A stretch of 32,000 nt of DNA from Citrobacter koseri ATCC BAA-895 (GTDB lineage: Bacteria > Pseudomonadota > Gammaproteobacteria > Enterobacterales > Enterobacteriaceae): positions 115,824 through 147,823 of the forward strand of contig NC_009792.1 of assembly GCF_000018045.1 (NCBI RefSeq). Reading direction: 5' to 3'. Shown in pieces: positions 20,895-30,548 of this stretch. Below the pieces are notes generated by a model. That model had not been told where the DNA came from, ran no database searches, and saw nothing but the letters and a program-made list of their open reading frames with translations. Each line of letters starts with the position of its first letter. The stretch's first letter is position 1. Position numbers and translations under genes: made by a program.

Positions 20895-20916
20895 TGGCAT
20901 GCAATGTGCAATAATA
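20895..20916 (+). promoter_or_regulatory. glmZ promoter: sigma54 -24/-12 element overlapped by a sigma70-like -10
   Basis: TGGCAT-GCAAT-GTGCA (20895-20910) fits TGGCAC-N5-TTGCA with correct GG/GC spacing, placing the start about 12-13 nt downstream at the GlmZ 5' end (20922). ATAATA at 20911-20916 could serve as a sigma70 -10. Confidence 0.7.
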
Positions 20917-20921
20917 TCCCT

Positions 20922-21126
20922 GTAGATGCTCATTCCATCTCTTATGTTCGCCTTAGTGCCTCATAAACTCAGGAATGATGCAGAGCCGTTTACGGTGCTT
21001 ATCGTCCACAGACAGATGTCGCTTACGCCTCATCAAACACCATGGACATAACGTTGAGTGAAGCACCCATTTATGTTGTCATACAGACCTGTTTTGACGC
21101 CTGCTCATTTGAGCAGGCGTTTTTTT
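20922..21126 (+). ncRNA. glmZ: Small regulatory RNA GlmZ (SraJ/RyiA), activator of glmS translation
   Basis: The 5' end GTAGATGCTCATTCCATCTCTTATGTTCGCCTTAGTGCCTCATAAACTC... is nearly identical to E. coli GlmZ as I recall it. The length is about 205 nt. Internal pairings are visible (AGATG/CATCT, CATTCC/GGAATG). A perfect 10-bp terminator stem, ACGCCTGCTC (21097-21106) with GAGCAGGCGT (21111-21120), is followed by a T7 run. The location next to hemY matches the known glmZ locus. Confidence 0.9.
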
Positions 21127-21147
21127 ATGGGGAAGCGGAAAAGAACT

Positions 21148-21218
21148 GCCGGATGGCGGCTTCGCTTTATCCGGCCTACGGTGACCTGGCAGGCCCGGTA
21201 AGCGTAGCGCCACCGGGC
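21148..21218. repeat. Pair of REP elements (BIME-like) between glmZ and the hemY 3' end
   Basis: GCCGGATGGCGGCTTCGCTTTATCCGGCCTAC (21148-21179) and GCCCGGTAAGCGTAGCGCCACCGGGC (21193-21218) are both imperfect palindromes of the REP type. Confidence 0.75.
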
Positions 21219-21226
21219 AATGGGAA

Positions 21227-22426
21227 TTACTGCGGAGGATTGTTCTGCAAGGTCAACATAAGACCGTCGCGGCGCATGGTGGCCGCTTCTTCCGGCTGAT
21301 GCAACCGGTCCAGCGCATCGGCGAGCCAGGCGTAGTCGTAGGCGTCAGGGCGTTGCTTGAGCGCGGCGCGGAAGGCGAACGTTGCCTCCTGCCATTCGCC
21401 ATGCTTCATCAACGACTGACCCAGCGTGCTCCACAGTAGCGGGCGATCGCCAACGGTTTTAATCTGCTGGCGCAGCACTTTTTCCAGCTGCTCCGGGTTG
21501 TTGGTTTTCAGGCGCGGGATCGGCAGAACCAGGCGGTCGTCATACTGGCGCTTCAGGCCGTCGATGATGATCTGCTGCGCCATATCGTGATCGTCACACT
21601 CAATCAGATGCTCTGCCATTGCCACTTGCAGCGGAACCTGGTGGCGAGTTTTACGGCTCTGGTTCTTCCACCATTCGCGTAATCCTTCGCTGCCCTGATC
21701 GGCTCGCGCCTGATCCATCAGCCCAATCCAGGCCTGTTGTTCCAGCATGGCGCGATGTTCTTCATCACCGACGTTGGCCTTCGCCATTGACGGGATGATG
21801 TCCAGCAGCGAACTCCATGCTCCGGTGCGGATGTAAGCCTGTTCCGCCAGGCGCAGCACTTCTGGATGACGCGGGGTAACTTCCAATAATTTATCCACGC
21901 CGTGACGCGCCGCATGGTTCTCGTTGCGCGCCAGTTGCAGACGTACGCGGGCGATCTCCACCGGAATCGTGTCATTGCCCGCCAGTTCAGCGGCACGTTC
22001 CAGATGCTGATTAGCGCGCGCTTCGTCACCACGCTGTTGCGCGGCTTCGGCGGCCAGCAGATAGTTCACCACCGGCTGTTCAGCGTGATCGGCATTCTTC
22101 GCCATCAGCTTCTCAACCTGCTGGTAATCGCCTTCCGCCAGCTTAAGCAGCGCCTGTTCGGTCTGCTTACGTGCGCGGCGGCGTTTACGCCCGACAAACC
22201 AGCCGCGAGTGTGCGCGCCGGTGCGGAAAACGCGTCGCAGCAGCCACTCAATGGCGAACAGAATGACCATCATAACGATCAGGATGATCACCAGCCCCGT
22301 TACGCTGGTCTCAATGTTGTAATTATCGGTCTGGATCAGAACATAGCCCTGATGACCGGCGATCATTGGGCCTATGACGATACCGGCGATCAACAACACA
22401 AAGAGCAATAATACTTTCAGCATCAT
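21227..22426 (-). CDS. hemY: HemY protein (inner-membrane TPR-like protein of the hemCDXY operon)
   Basis: 399 aa. Two N-terminal TM segments are followed by a helical-repeat domain. It lies last in the hem operon, and its start overlaps the hemX stop by 1 nt (TAATG). Confidence 0.92.
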   Translation of the reverse strand: MMLKVLLLFVLLIAGIVIGPMIAGHQGYVLIQTDNYNIETSVTGLVIILIVMMVILFAIEWLLRRVFRTGAHTRGWFVGRKRRRARKQTEQALLKLAEGDYQQVEKLMAKNADHAEQPVVNYLLAAEAAQQRGDEARANQHLERAAELAGNDTIPVEIARVRLQLARNENHAARHGVDKLLEVTPRHPEVLRLAEQAYIRTGAWSSLLDIIPSMAKANVGDEEHRAMLEQQAWIGLMDQARADQGSEGLREWWKNQSRKTRHQVPLQVAMAEHLIECDDHDMAQQIIIDGLKRQYDDRLVLPIPRLKTNNPEQLEKVLRQQIKTVGDRPLLWSTLGQSLMKHGEWQEATFAFRAALKQRPDAYDYAWLADALDRLHQPEEAATMRRDGLMLTLQNNPPQ

Positions 22427-23607
22427 TATTCTCCTTGCGGCGCGGCTGCCGGTGCTTCTGCCTGCGGAGCAGGGGCCTGAGCCGCTTCGGTCGTGGCCGC
22501 CGCCGGTTGCGCCAGCAGGTTACGCACGCGAGTCTGCATCAGTTTCTCAAGAATCGGCTGGCTCTGTAACGTCTCCGGCACGTCCATCGTGATGCTCTGT
22601 TGACTCAGTTTATCCACGTCATCAAGGAACGCTTTGGTCGTTGCGTCGTCGGTGTCGTAGTACGCGCGTACCCAGGTGGAGACATTATCTAGCGCCTGAC
22701 GGTAAGTCTCTTCCTGATGACGCGGCACGGCTTGCGCCGCCACTAACAGGCGGGAGCGGATGTTTTCACGTAAGTAAACGTCCTGGTTCGGCGCCAGCAG
22801 CGGGACGGCGGTGTCATCACGACGGCGAATAGTAATAAAGCTGTCCATAAAGTTCTGCCAGCTTTTTTGCAGATTAACGCGCCATTCGCTGATCGAGCTG
22901 GACAGCTCGCTGCTGTCGGAGTCCATTGGCGAATCGTCGGTGTCGTTATCGGCCAGACGCAGGTTATCAATCTGGTTAGAGAGCTGGTTCACTTTGAGGA
23001 TAATACCGTCGTAGTCCACCTGTGCCACCGCCGACAGGCTGGCAATATCATCGGTAATGGCGCGGCGCGCGGCGATCAGACTGGGGTCGTTCATGTCCGC
23101 CAGGCTGGCATCCGCGCTTTTGAGCAGCGCCGCAGCGGTGGTGACATCCTGATCGCTCCACAATTTACGTCCGGCGAGTTTGACCAGAAAATCAGATTGC
23201 GCCAGCAGCCAGGTTTTGGCGTCGCTGCCGGAGATCGTCGCGACTTTCTGTTGCACTTCATCCAGCTGTTTCGCCAGCGCGGCCTGTTGGCGATTTGCAT
23301 CATCCAGTTGCGTCGCCTGCTGTTTGATAATGCCTTCCAGCTCCGCTTTTTGGCTTTCCTGGGCTTTTTGCAGCGCCGTAAGTTGGTTAACCAGCGCATC
23401 GCTGGTGGCCGTTTGTTTAACGGCCTGCTGCTTTCCCCAGCCATACAGACCGACGCCCGCGGCCAGGGCAATGGCGATTGCCACCGCACTCAATACCAGC
23501 GCGGCGCCGTTCTTACTCTTCTTTTCTGCATTGACTGGCTGCGGCGTGGTTTCCACGGCCTCCCTGGTCTCTTCAACCACGGCGGAGGATTTTTCTTGTT
23601 CCGTCAT
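22426..23607 (-). CDS. hemX: HemX protein (membrane-anchored, coiled-coil; biochemical role unresolved)
   Basis: 393 aa. There is an acidic N-terminus, a single TM ([22 protein letters not shown]), a Gln/Ala-rich coiled-coil segment and an Ala/Pro-rich C-terminal tail. Position between hemD and hemY. Confidence 0.92.
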   Translation of the reverse strand: MTEQEKSSAVVEETREAVETTPQPVNAEKKSKNGAALVLSAVAIAIALAAGVGLYGWGKQQAVKQTATSDALVNQLTALQKAQESQKAELEGIIKQQATQLDDANRQQAALAKQLDEVQQKVATISGSDAKTWLLAQSDFLVKLAGRKLWSDQDVTTAAALLKSADASLADMNDPSLIAARRAITDDIASLSAVAQVDYDGIILKVNQLSNQIDNLRLADNDTDDSPMDSDSSELSSSISEWRVNLQKSWQNFMDSFITIRRRDDTAVPLLAPNQDVYLRENIRSRLLVAAQAVPRHQEETYRQALDNVSTWVRAYYDTDDATTKAFLDDVDKLSQQSITMDVPETLQSQPILEKLMQTRVRNLLAQPAAATTEAAQAPAPQAEAPAAAPQGE

Positions 23608-23628
23608 TATGGCATCCCATTATGAGAG

Positions 23629-24369
23629 TTATTGTAATGCGCGCAGTAGCGCATCGTTGTCGGCGTTATCAGCGACCTTAATATCTTGCCAGCCCAGTTC
23701 CCGGGCGAGGTGCGCCAGACGCTCACTGACGACCAGCAGCCGACAGCGTAGTAACCAGTGCTCACGATACCACTGCGGGATCAGCGACCAGAGCTGTTGC
23801 AGCATTTCGCCGCTGGTGACAACAATCGTCGTCACGCCGCGAGAGTGCCAGCGCATCGCCTCTTCCGCGCCATCGTAATGTTTTGCACTGCGTTGATAAC
23901 ATTCACAAAAGGTGACTTCAGCGCCGCGTTCTGTGAGGGTTTTGCCTAACAGTTCACGCCCGCCGTTGCCCCGTAAAATAAGCGCTCGTTTTCCCGCAAT
24001 ATTTTGTAATTCAGGTAATTGTAGCAAGACTTCGCTGATTTCCCGATCCAGAGGGTAGCGAATATCGCATCCGCTAACGGTATGCAGCGCCAGCGCCGTT
24101 GTGCGCCCGATGGCGAAGTAGCGTGGTTGCACAGGCCAGTCAAGCCCCTGCTGTTGCAGTTGGGCGTGGGCAAAGGCGACGGCGTGTTGCGAGAGGGCGA
24201 ACACCAGATCGTTGTCCGTGAGCGCCGCCAGGCGATCGGCAAGCGTTGCCAGTTCCCGGCCTGGCGTAAACTCAATAAGCGGAAAACTCCAGGCCACCTG
24301 CCCCAGTGTGCGCAGACGGCTCACTAACTCTTCCCCGGAGGGAGACGGGCGGGTGACCAGAATACTCAT
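23629..24369 (-). CDS. hemD: Uroporphyrinogen-III synthase
   Basis: 246 aa ([27 protein letters not shown]...). ATGA overlap with the hemC stop. Length and N-terminus match E. coli HemD. Confidence 0.94.
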   Translation of the reverse strand: MSILVTRPSPSGEELVSRLRTLGQVAWSFPLIEFTPGRELATLADRLAALTDNDLVFALSQHAVAFAHAQLQQQGLDWPVQPRYFAIGRTTALALHTVSGCDIRYPLDREISEVLLQLPELQNIAGKRALILRGNGGRELLGKTLTERGAEVTFCECYQRSAKHYDGAEEAMRWHSRGVTTIVVTSGEMLQQLWSLIPQWYREHWLLRCRLLVVSERLAHLARELGWQDIKVADNADNDALLRALQ

Positions 24370-25307
24370 GCGGGCGCTTCTCCGTTATAAACCTCGGTCA
24401 GAATCGCGCGGGCGCCGTTTGCCAGCAGCTCTTCCGCCAGGGAAATGCCCATTTGCGCGGCGTCCTGCGGCAATCCACGACGTTCTCCGCGAATCATCTG
24501 CGAACCGTCAGGCGCGCCAACCAGCGCACGCAGCCAGACTTCACCATCAATGATTTCAGCATAGCTGCCAATCGGCACCTGACAGCCCCCTTCCAGGCGG
24601 GTGTTCATGGCGCGTTCGGCTTTTACACGTAGCGCGGTTTCTTCATGATTCAGCGGCGCTAACAGCGCCTGAGTACGTGCGTCATCCAGTCGGCATTCAA
24701 TGCCCACTGCGCCTTGCCCTACGGCAGGGAGAGAGATTTCGGGAGGCAGCGCGGTGCGAATACGCGACGTCAGACCTAACCGTTTTAACCCGGCAACCGC
24801 CAGGATAATTGCGTCATAATCACCGTTATCGAGCTTGCTCAGGCGTGTGCCGACGTTGCCGCGCAGCGAGCGGATGACGAGATCCGGGCGACGCTCGGCC
24901 AACTGGCACTGGCGACGCAAACTTGATGTGCCGACGATGCTGCCTGCGGGCAGTTCATCCAGATTGTTGTATTGGTTCGAGACGAAAGCATCGCGTGGAT
25001 CTTCGCGTTCGCAAATCGTGACCAGGCCAAGCCCTTGCGGGAATTCTACCGGCACATCTTTCATCGAATGCACGGCGATATCGGCGCGCTTTTCCAGCAG
25101 CGCGACTTCCAGCTCTTTTACAAACAAGCCCTTACCGCCCACTTTTGCCAGAGGGGTGTCCAGAATCACGTCGCCGCGCGTCACCATCGGCACCAGTTCC
25201 ACGACCAGCCCTGGATGCTGTGCTATCAACGCGTCTTTGACATAATGTGCCTGCCAGAGCGCAAGGGGGCTTTGGCGTGTGGCAATTCTTAAAACATTGT
25301 CTAACAT
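24366..25307 (-). CDS. hemC: Hydroxymethylbilane synthase (porphobilinogen deaminase)
   Basis: 313 aa from ATG 25307 ([23 protein letters not shown]...), the classical E. coli HemC N-terminus. An in-frame ATG five codons upstream (25322, MTVTSMLDN...) is an alternative start I cannot exclude. Confidence 0.93.
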   Translation of the reverse strand: MLDNVLRIATRQSPLALWQAHYVKDALIAQHPGLVVELVPMVTRGDVILDTPLAKVGGKGLFVKELEVALLEKRADIAVHSMKDVPVEFPQGLGLVTICEREDPRDAFVSNQYNNLDELPAGSIVGTSSLRRQCQLAERRPDLVIRSLRGNVGTRLSKLDNGDYDAIILAVAGLKRLGLTSRIRTALPPEISLPAVGQGAVGIECRLDDARTQALLAPLNHEETALRVKAERAMNTRLEGGCQVPIGSYAEIIDGEVWLRALVGAPDGSQMIRGERRGLPQDAAQMGISLAEELLANGARAILTEVYNGEAPA

Positions 25308-25523
25308 GCTTGTTACCGTCATTATCGTCCGTGGACCATCCTAACATCCTTACAAGTGGGATGTCAGTGTTACGGTCAAAGGTGAGTAAGAGGATCAGGC
25401 GCGGCGTCGCGACTGGCAGTGAATAATGACGAGAAACCGCCTGACCGTATTAAGGAATTTACACGTAGCTAACGGTGCTACACTTGTATGTAGTGCATCT
25501 TTCTTTACGGTCAATGAGCAAGG

Positions 25524-25539
25524 TGTTAAATTGATCACG
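25524..25539. promoter_or_regulatory. cAMP-CRP binding site at the cyaA promoter
   Basis: TGTTA-AATTGA-TCACG has one mismatch per half-site to TGTGA-N6-TCACA. The context AGGTGTTAAATTGATCACGTTTTAGACC matches the E. coli cyaA P2 region, where CRP represses transcription. Confidence 0.75.
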
Positions 25540-25694
25540 TTTTAGACCATTTTTTCGTCTTTACCCCTTAATGGGGAGAAGGATGAAAAAGGTAACGGTT
25601 ATTTTTGACATACGGTTTATCCCGAATGGTTTGGTTGTCCGCACTCGCGATGGCAATCAGACGCATGACGGGTAGCAACATCAGGCGATACGTC

Positions 25695-28241
25695 TTGTAC
25701 CTCTATATTGAGACTTTGAAACAGAGACTGGATGCCATCAATCAATTGCGTGTGGATCGCGCGCTTGCTGCCATGGGCCCTGCCTTCCAGCAGGTATACA
25801 GTCTGCTGCCGACATTATTGCACTACCATAATCCGCTGATGCCGGGTTACCTCGACGGTAACGTTCCCAAGGGCATATGCTTTTACACGCCTGATGAAAC
25901 CCAACGCCACTACCTGAATGAACTTGAACTGTACCGGGGTATGTCCCCGCAGGACCCGCCGAAAGGCGAGCTGCCGATCACCGGCGTGTACTCAATGGGC
26001 AGTACATCTTCAGTAGGGCAAAGCTGTTCTTCTGACCTGGATATCTGGGTCTGCCACCAGTCCTGGCTTGATAGCGAAGAGCGCCAGTTGCTGCAACGTA
26101 AATGCAGCCTGCTGGAAAGCTGGGCCGCTTCGCTGGGCGTGGAAGTCAGCTTCTTCCTGATCGACGAAAACCGTTTCCGCCATAATGAAAGCGGCAGTCT
26201 GGGTGGTGAAGACTGCGGCTCGACGCAGCACATCCTGCTGCTCGACGAATTTTATCGCACCGCTGTGCGTCTGGCCGGTAAGCGTATTCTGTGGAATATG
26301 GTGCCGTGCGACGAAGAAGAGCATTACGACGACTACGTCATGACGCTTTACGCGCAGGGTGTCCTCACGCCAAACGAATGGCTGGACCTGGGCGGATTAA
26401 GCTCGCTCTCCGCCGAAGAGTACTTTGGCGCCAGCCTCTGGCAGTTGTACAAGAGTATCGATTCCCCGTACAAAGCGGTGCTGAAAACACTGCTGCTGGA
26501 AGCCTACTCCTGGGAATATCCCAATCCGCGCCTGTTGGCGAAAGACATTAAACAGCGCCTGCATGACGGCGAGATCGTTTCGTTTGGTCTCGACCCGTAT
26601 TGCATGATGCTGGAACGCGTGACCGAATACCTCACGGCTATTGAAGATCCGACGCGTCTTGATTTAGTCCGTCGATGTTTCTACTTAAAAGTGTGTGAGA
26701 AACTGAGCCGCGAACGCGCCTGTGTTGGCTGGCGTCGTGAAGTGTTAAGTCAGTTAGTGAACGAGTGGGGATGGGACGACGCCCGTCTGACAATGCTCGA
26801 CAACCGGGCGAACTGGAAGATCGATCAGGTACGCGAAGCGCATAACGAACTGCTCGACGCCATGATGCAGAGCTATCGTAATCTGATCCGTTTTGCCCGC
26901 CGTAACAATCTCAGCGTTAGCGCCAGCCCGCAGGATATTGGCGTGCTGACGCGTAAACTGTATGCCGCATTTGAAGCCCTGCCGGGCAAAGTGACGCTGG
27001 TGAACCCGCAGATTTCACCGGATCTCTCCGAACCGAACCTGACCTTTATCCATGTGCCGCCGGGCCGGGCCAACCGTTCTGGCTGGTATCTCTACAACCG
27101 TGCGCCGAACATGGATTCGATCATCAGCCATCAGCCGCTGGAATATAACCGCTACCTGAACAAACTGGTGGCGTGGGCCTGGTTTAACGGTTTGCTGACG
27201 TCGCGTACCCACCTGTTTATTAAGGGCAACGGCATTGTGGACCTGCCTAAGTTGCAGGAGATGGTGGCCGATGTGTCGCACCATTTCCCGCTGCGTTTGC
27301 CTGCGCCAACGCCGAAAGCGCTCTACAGTCCGTGTGAAATTCGCCATCTGGCGATCATCGTTAACCTTGAATATGACCCGACGGCGGCGTTCCGCAATCA
27401 GGTGGTGCATTTCGATTTCCGTAAGCTGGATGTCTTCAGCTTTGGCGAAGAGCAAAACTGCCTGGTCGGCAGTGTCGACCTGTTGTATCGCAACTCGTGG
27501 AACGAAGTGCGTACCCTGCACTTCAACGGCGAACAGGCGATGATTGAAGCGCTGAAAACGATTCTCGGCAAAATGCACCAGGATGCCGCGCCGCCGGACA
27601 GCGTGGAAGTGTTCTGCTATAGCCAGCATCTGCGCGGCCTGATCCGCACCCGCGTACAGCAACTGGTCTCCGAGTGCATTGAACTGCGCCTCTCCAGCAC
27701 CCGCCAGGAAACCGGACGTTTTAAAGCGCTGCGCGTTTCGGGCCAAACCTGGGGGCTGTTCTTCGAGCGCCTGAATGTTTCGGTGCAGAAACTGGAAAAC
27801 GCCATTGAGTTTTACGGCGCGATTTCGCACAACAAACTTCACGGACTTTCCGTTCAGGTTGAGACCAACCATGTGAAATTACCGTCGGTGGTGGATGGGT
27901 TCGCCAGCGAAGGGATCATCCAGTTCTTCTTTGAAGAAACCGGCGATGAGAAAGGCTTTAATATTTATATTCTGGACGAGAGTAACCGGGCGGAAGTGTA
28001 TCACCACTGCGAAGGCAGCAAAGAAGAGCTGGTACGCGACGTGAGCCGCTTTTATTCGTCGTCGCACGATCGCTTCACCTACGGCTCCAGCTTCATCAAC
28101 TTCAACCTGCCGCAGTTCTACCAGATTGTGAATACCGACGGTCGCGAGCAGGTCATTCCGTTCCGTACCCAGCCCATCAGCGCCGTGCCACCGGCAAACC
28201 AGGACAACGACGCGCCGCTGTTACAGCAGTATTTCTCGTGA
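25695..28241 (+). CDS. cyaA: Class I adenylate cyclase
   Basis: 848 aa from TTG 25695 ([35 protein letters not shown]...), the known non-ATG start of enterobacterial cyaA. The ORF-track start at 25605 is an upstream in-frame extension. Near-identical to E. coli CyaA throughout. Confidence 0.95.
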   Translation: MYLYIETLKQRLDAINQLRVDRALAAMGPAFQQVYSLLPTLLHYHNPLMPGYLDGNVPKGICFYTPDETQRHYLNELELYRGMSPQDPPKGELPITGVYSMGSTSSVGQSCSSDLDIWVCHQSWLDSEERQLLQRKCSLLESWAASLGVEVSFFLIDENRFRHNESGSLGGEDCGSTQHILLLDEFYRTAVRLAGKRILWNMVPCDEEEHYDDYVMTLYAQGVLTPNEWLDLGGLSSLSAEEYFGASLWQLYKSIDSPYKAVLKTLLLEAYSWEYPNPRLLAKDIKQRLHDGEIVSFGLDPYCMMLERVTEYLTAIEDPTRLDLVRRCFYLKVCEKLSRERACVGWRREVLSQLVNEWGWDDARLTMLDNRANWKIDQVREAHNELLDAMMQSYRNLIRFARRNNLSVSASPQDIGVLTRKLYAAFEALPGKVTLVNPQISPDLSEPNLTFIHVPPGRANRSGWYLYNRAPNMDSIISHQPLEYNRYLNKLVAWAWFNGLLTSRTHLFIKGNGIVDLPKLQEMVADVSHHFPLRLPAPTPKALYSPCEIRHLAIIVNLEYDPTAAFRNQVVHFDFRKLDVFSFGEEQNCLVGSVDLLYRNSWNEVRTLHFNGEQAMIEALKTILGKMHQDAAPPDSVEVFCYSQHLRGLIRTRVQQLVSECIELRLSSTRQETGRFKALRVSGQTWGLFFERLNVSVQKLENAIEFYGAISHNKLHGLSVQVETNHVKLPSVVDGFASEGIIQFFFEETGDEKGFNIYILDESNRAEVYHHCEGSKEELVRDVSRFYSSSHDRFTYGSSFINFNLPQFYQIVNTDGREQVIPFRTQPISAVPPANQDNDAPLLQQYFS

Positions 28242-28248
28242 ACATGAT

Positions 28249-28312
28249 GCCGGATGGCGGTGTTACAAATGACGCGAGATACGTAGGCCGGATAAGCGCA
28301 GCGCCATCCGGC
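28249..28312. repeat. REP-type palindromic element(s) between convergent cyaA and cyaY
   Basis: GCCGGATGGCG (28249-28259) is the reverse complement of CGCCATCCGGC (28302-28312). A canonical REP unit GTAGGCCGGATAAGCGCAGCGCCATCCGGC lies at 28283-28312. Confidence 0.75.
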
Positions 28313-28320
28313 AATAAAAC

Positions 28321-28641
28321 TTAGCGGAAGCTCACCGCTTCTCCAGCCTGTTGTGTCGCGGCCTGCTCCAGCAGATCCCAGAAGGTTTCGCCGCTGCGAT
28401 CGCAAATCCATTCGTCGCCTTTCAGGTCAAAATGGTAGCCGCCCTGTTTGGTCGCCAGCCATACCTGGTGCAGTGGCTCCTGACGGTTGATGATGATTTT
28501 GCTGCCGTTTTCAAAGGTAATGGTTAGCACGCCGCCGTTGATTTCGCAGTCGATATCGCTGTCGCCGTCCCAGTCGTCCAGACGTTCTTCAATGGTCATC
28601 CACAGGGTATCTGTGAGGCGATGAAATTCACTGTCGTTCAT
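28321..28641 (-). CDS. cyaY: Frataxin homologue CyaY (iron-sulfur cluster assembly)
   Basis: 106 aa ([63 protein letters not shown]...), a close match to E. coli CyaY. Confidence 0.96.
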   Translation of the reverse strand: MNDSEFHRLTDTLWMTIEERLDDWDGDSDIDCEINGGVLTITFENGSKIIINRQEPLHQVWLATKQGGYHFDLKGDEWICDRSGETFWDLLEQAATQQAGEAVSFR

Positions 28642-28779
28642 TGTTGTTTCCCGTTTTTTACGTGATGGCGGCAGTATAACCTGGAAGAATTCATGATGCA
28701 GTTTTCAGCCAACTCTTGCTTTTACGTCTCCTCCTGCGATGATAGAAAACAGAAAGCATGAACTTACAGGCAATCCATA

Positions 28780-28983
28780 ATGAAAAATGTGTTTCAGGCA
28801 CTCGCTGTACTTCTCACTCTGTTCAGCCTGACCGGCTGCGGTCTGAAAGGCCCGCTCTATTTTCCACCTGCTGACAAAAACGCGCCGCCGCCGACGCATG
28901 AGGTTGATTCGCAAATCCAATCGACGACGCCCGATCAAAACGATCGCGCTACGGGAGACGGCCCTTCTCAGGTGAACTATTGA
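28780..28983 (+). CDS. lptM: Small outer-membrane lipoprotein YifL / LptM
   Basis: 67 aa. The signal peptide has the lipobox L-T-G-C (Cys20) and is followed by a Pro-rich segment. Position immediately upstream of dapF. Confidence 0.9.
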   Translation: MKNVFQALAVLLTLFSLTGCGLKGPLYFPPADKNAPPPTHEVDSQIQSTTPDQNDRATGDGPSQVNY

Positions 28984-29019
28984 CGGTACGTTTCTGTCCC
29001 CGCGTAAATGGAGTGAATG

Positions 29020-29844
29020 ATGCAATTCTCTAAAATGCATGGCCTTGGCAACGATTTTATGGTCGTCGACGCGGTAACGCAGAATGTCTTTTTCTCGCCG
29101 GAGTTGATCCGCCGCCTGTCAGACAGGCATCTGGGCGTGGGGTTCGACCAGCTTCTGGTTGTCGAGCCTCCTTACGATCCTGAACTGGATTTTCATTACC
29201 GCATCTTCAACGCCGATGGCAGCGAAGTGTCGCAGTGCGGTAACGGCGCCCGCTGCTTTGCGCGATTTGTGCGTCTGAAAGGACTGACCAATAAGCGCGA
29301 TATCCGCGTCAGCACGGCCAATGGCCGGATGGTGCTGAGTGTCACTGATGATGAACTGGTGCGGGTGAACATGGGTGAGCCAAACTTTGAACCCGCGCAG
29401 GTTCCTTTTCGCGCCAACAAAGCGGAAAAGACCTATATTATGCGAGCGGCCGAGCAGACAATATTGTGCGGCGTGGTTTCAATGGGGAACCCGCACTGCG
29501 TGATTCAGGTCGATAATATCGACACGGCGGCAGTCGAAACGCTGGGACCGGTTCTGGAAAGCCATGAGCGTTTTCCAGAACGAGCGAATATTGGGTTTAT
29601 GCAGGTTGTGAAGCGCGAGCATATCCGATTACGCGTTTATGAACGTGGGGCAGGAGAAACTCAGGCCTGCGGCAGCGGCGCATGCGCCGCCGTTGCGGTG
29701 GGCATTCAGCAGGGTTTGCTGGCAGAAGAAGTACGCGTGGAATTACCTGGCGGTCGCCTTGATATCGCCTGGAAAGGCCCGGGTCATCCGTTGTATATGA
29801 CTGGCCCGGCGGCACATGTCTACGACGGATTTATTCATCTATGA
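29020..29844 (+). CDS. dapF: Diaminopimelate epimerase
   Basis: 274 aa from ATG 29020 ([17 protein letters not shown]...). The two catalytic cysteines are in SQCGNGARC and QACGSGACA. The adjacent ATG at 29017 would add one Met. Confidence 0.95.
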   Translation: MQFSKMHGLGNDFMVVDAVTQNVFFSPELIRRLSDRHLGVGFDQLLVVEPPYDPELDFHYRIFNADGSEVSQCGNGARCFARFVRLKGLTNKRDIRVSTANGRMVLSVTDDELVRVNMGEPNFEPAQVPFRANKAEKTYIMRAAEQTILCGVVSMGNPHCVIQVDNIDTAAVETLGPVLESHERFPERANIGFMQVVKREHIRLRVYERGAGETQACGSGACAAVAVGIQQGLLAEEVRVELPGGRLDIAWKGPGHPLYMTGPAAHVYDGFIHL

Positions 29845-30548
29845 AGCAACCAGGGGAAGAACTACAGGAAACACAGATGGAACTGGACGACCGGGCGGTC
29901 GTCGATTATCTACTGCGTAACCCTGAGTTTTTTATCCGTAATGCGCGCGCCGTTGAGGCGATGCGCGTTCCTCATCCCGTGCGGGGTACGGTGTCGCTTG
30001 TTGAGTGGCACATGGCCCGCGCCCGGAATCATATCCATGTTCTTGAAGAGAACATGACGCTGCTAATGGAACAGGCGAATGCCAACGAAAGCCTGTTCTA
30101 CCGTCTGCTGCATTTGCAGGGACGGCTGGTTTCCGCCAGTAGCCTGGATGAAATGCTGATGCGTTTTCATCGCTGGGCGCGGGAGCTGGGGCTGGCGGGC
30201 GCGACCATCCGGCTGTTTCCCGATCGCTGGCGACTCGGCGCGCCGTCGAATCATACCCATCTGGCGTTAAGCCGTCAGGCCTTTGAACCGCTGCGTATCC
30301 AGCGTCTGGGGCAGGCGCAACACTATCTTGGCCCATTGAATGGCCCGGAACTGCTGGTGGTGCTGCCTGAAGCCAAAGCGATTGGCTCGGTGGCGATGTC
30401 GATGCTGGGGCGTGATGGCGATCTGGGGGTCATACTCTTCAGTAGCCGCGATGTGCATCATTACCAGCAGGGGCAGGGGACACAGTTACTGCAAGAAATC
30501 GCCTTGATGTTGCCGGAACTGCTGGAGCGCTGGATTGAACGTGTATGA
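29841..30548 (+). CDS. yigA: DUF484-family protein YigA
   Basis: 235 aa. ATGA overlaps with both dapF and xerC. This is the conserved dapF-yigA-xerC-yigB operon position. Confidence 0.88.
   Translation: MKQPGEELQETQMELDDRAVVDYLLRNPEFFIRNARAVEAMRVPHPVRGTVSLVEWHMARARNHIHVLEENMTLLMEQANANESLFYRLLHLQGRLVSASSLDEMLMRFHRWARELGLAGATIRLFPDRWRLGAPSNHTHLALSRQAFEPLRIQRLGQAQHYLGPLNGPELLVVLPEAKAIGSVAMSMLGRDGDLGVILFSSRDVHHYQQGQGTQLLQEIALMLPELLERWIERV

Noticed and set aside
21042-21299. 85-aa plus-strand ORF
   Set aside because: It starts inside GlmZ, crosses its terminator and two REP elements, and ends inside the hemY 3' end on the opposite strand. It has no SD.
27015-27872. 285-aa ORF antisense to cyaA, and similar long antisense ORFs at 2258-3046 (rhlB), 13095-13883 (rffA), 4670-5233 (rho), 18963-19667 (yifK), 22867-23625 and 23180-23878 (hemX/hemD)
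   Set aside because: All lie entirely within, and opposite to, genes with unambiguous homology. Their translations are biased (R, Q, H, V rich) and motif-free, so they are a statistical by-product of codon usage.
28705-29040. 111-aa minus-strand ORF opposite yifL (lptM)
   Set aside because: It overlaps the lipoprotein gene and the dapF start. The plus-strand gene has a clear signal peptide and lipobox, whereas the antisense ORF is Arg-rich with no start context.
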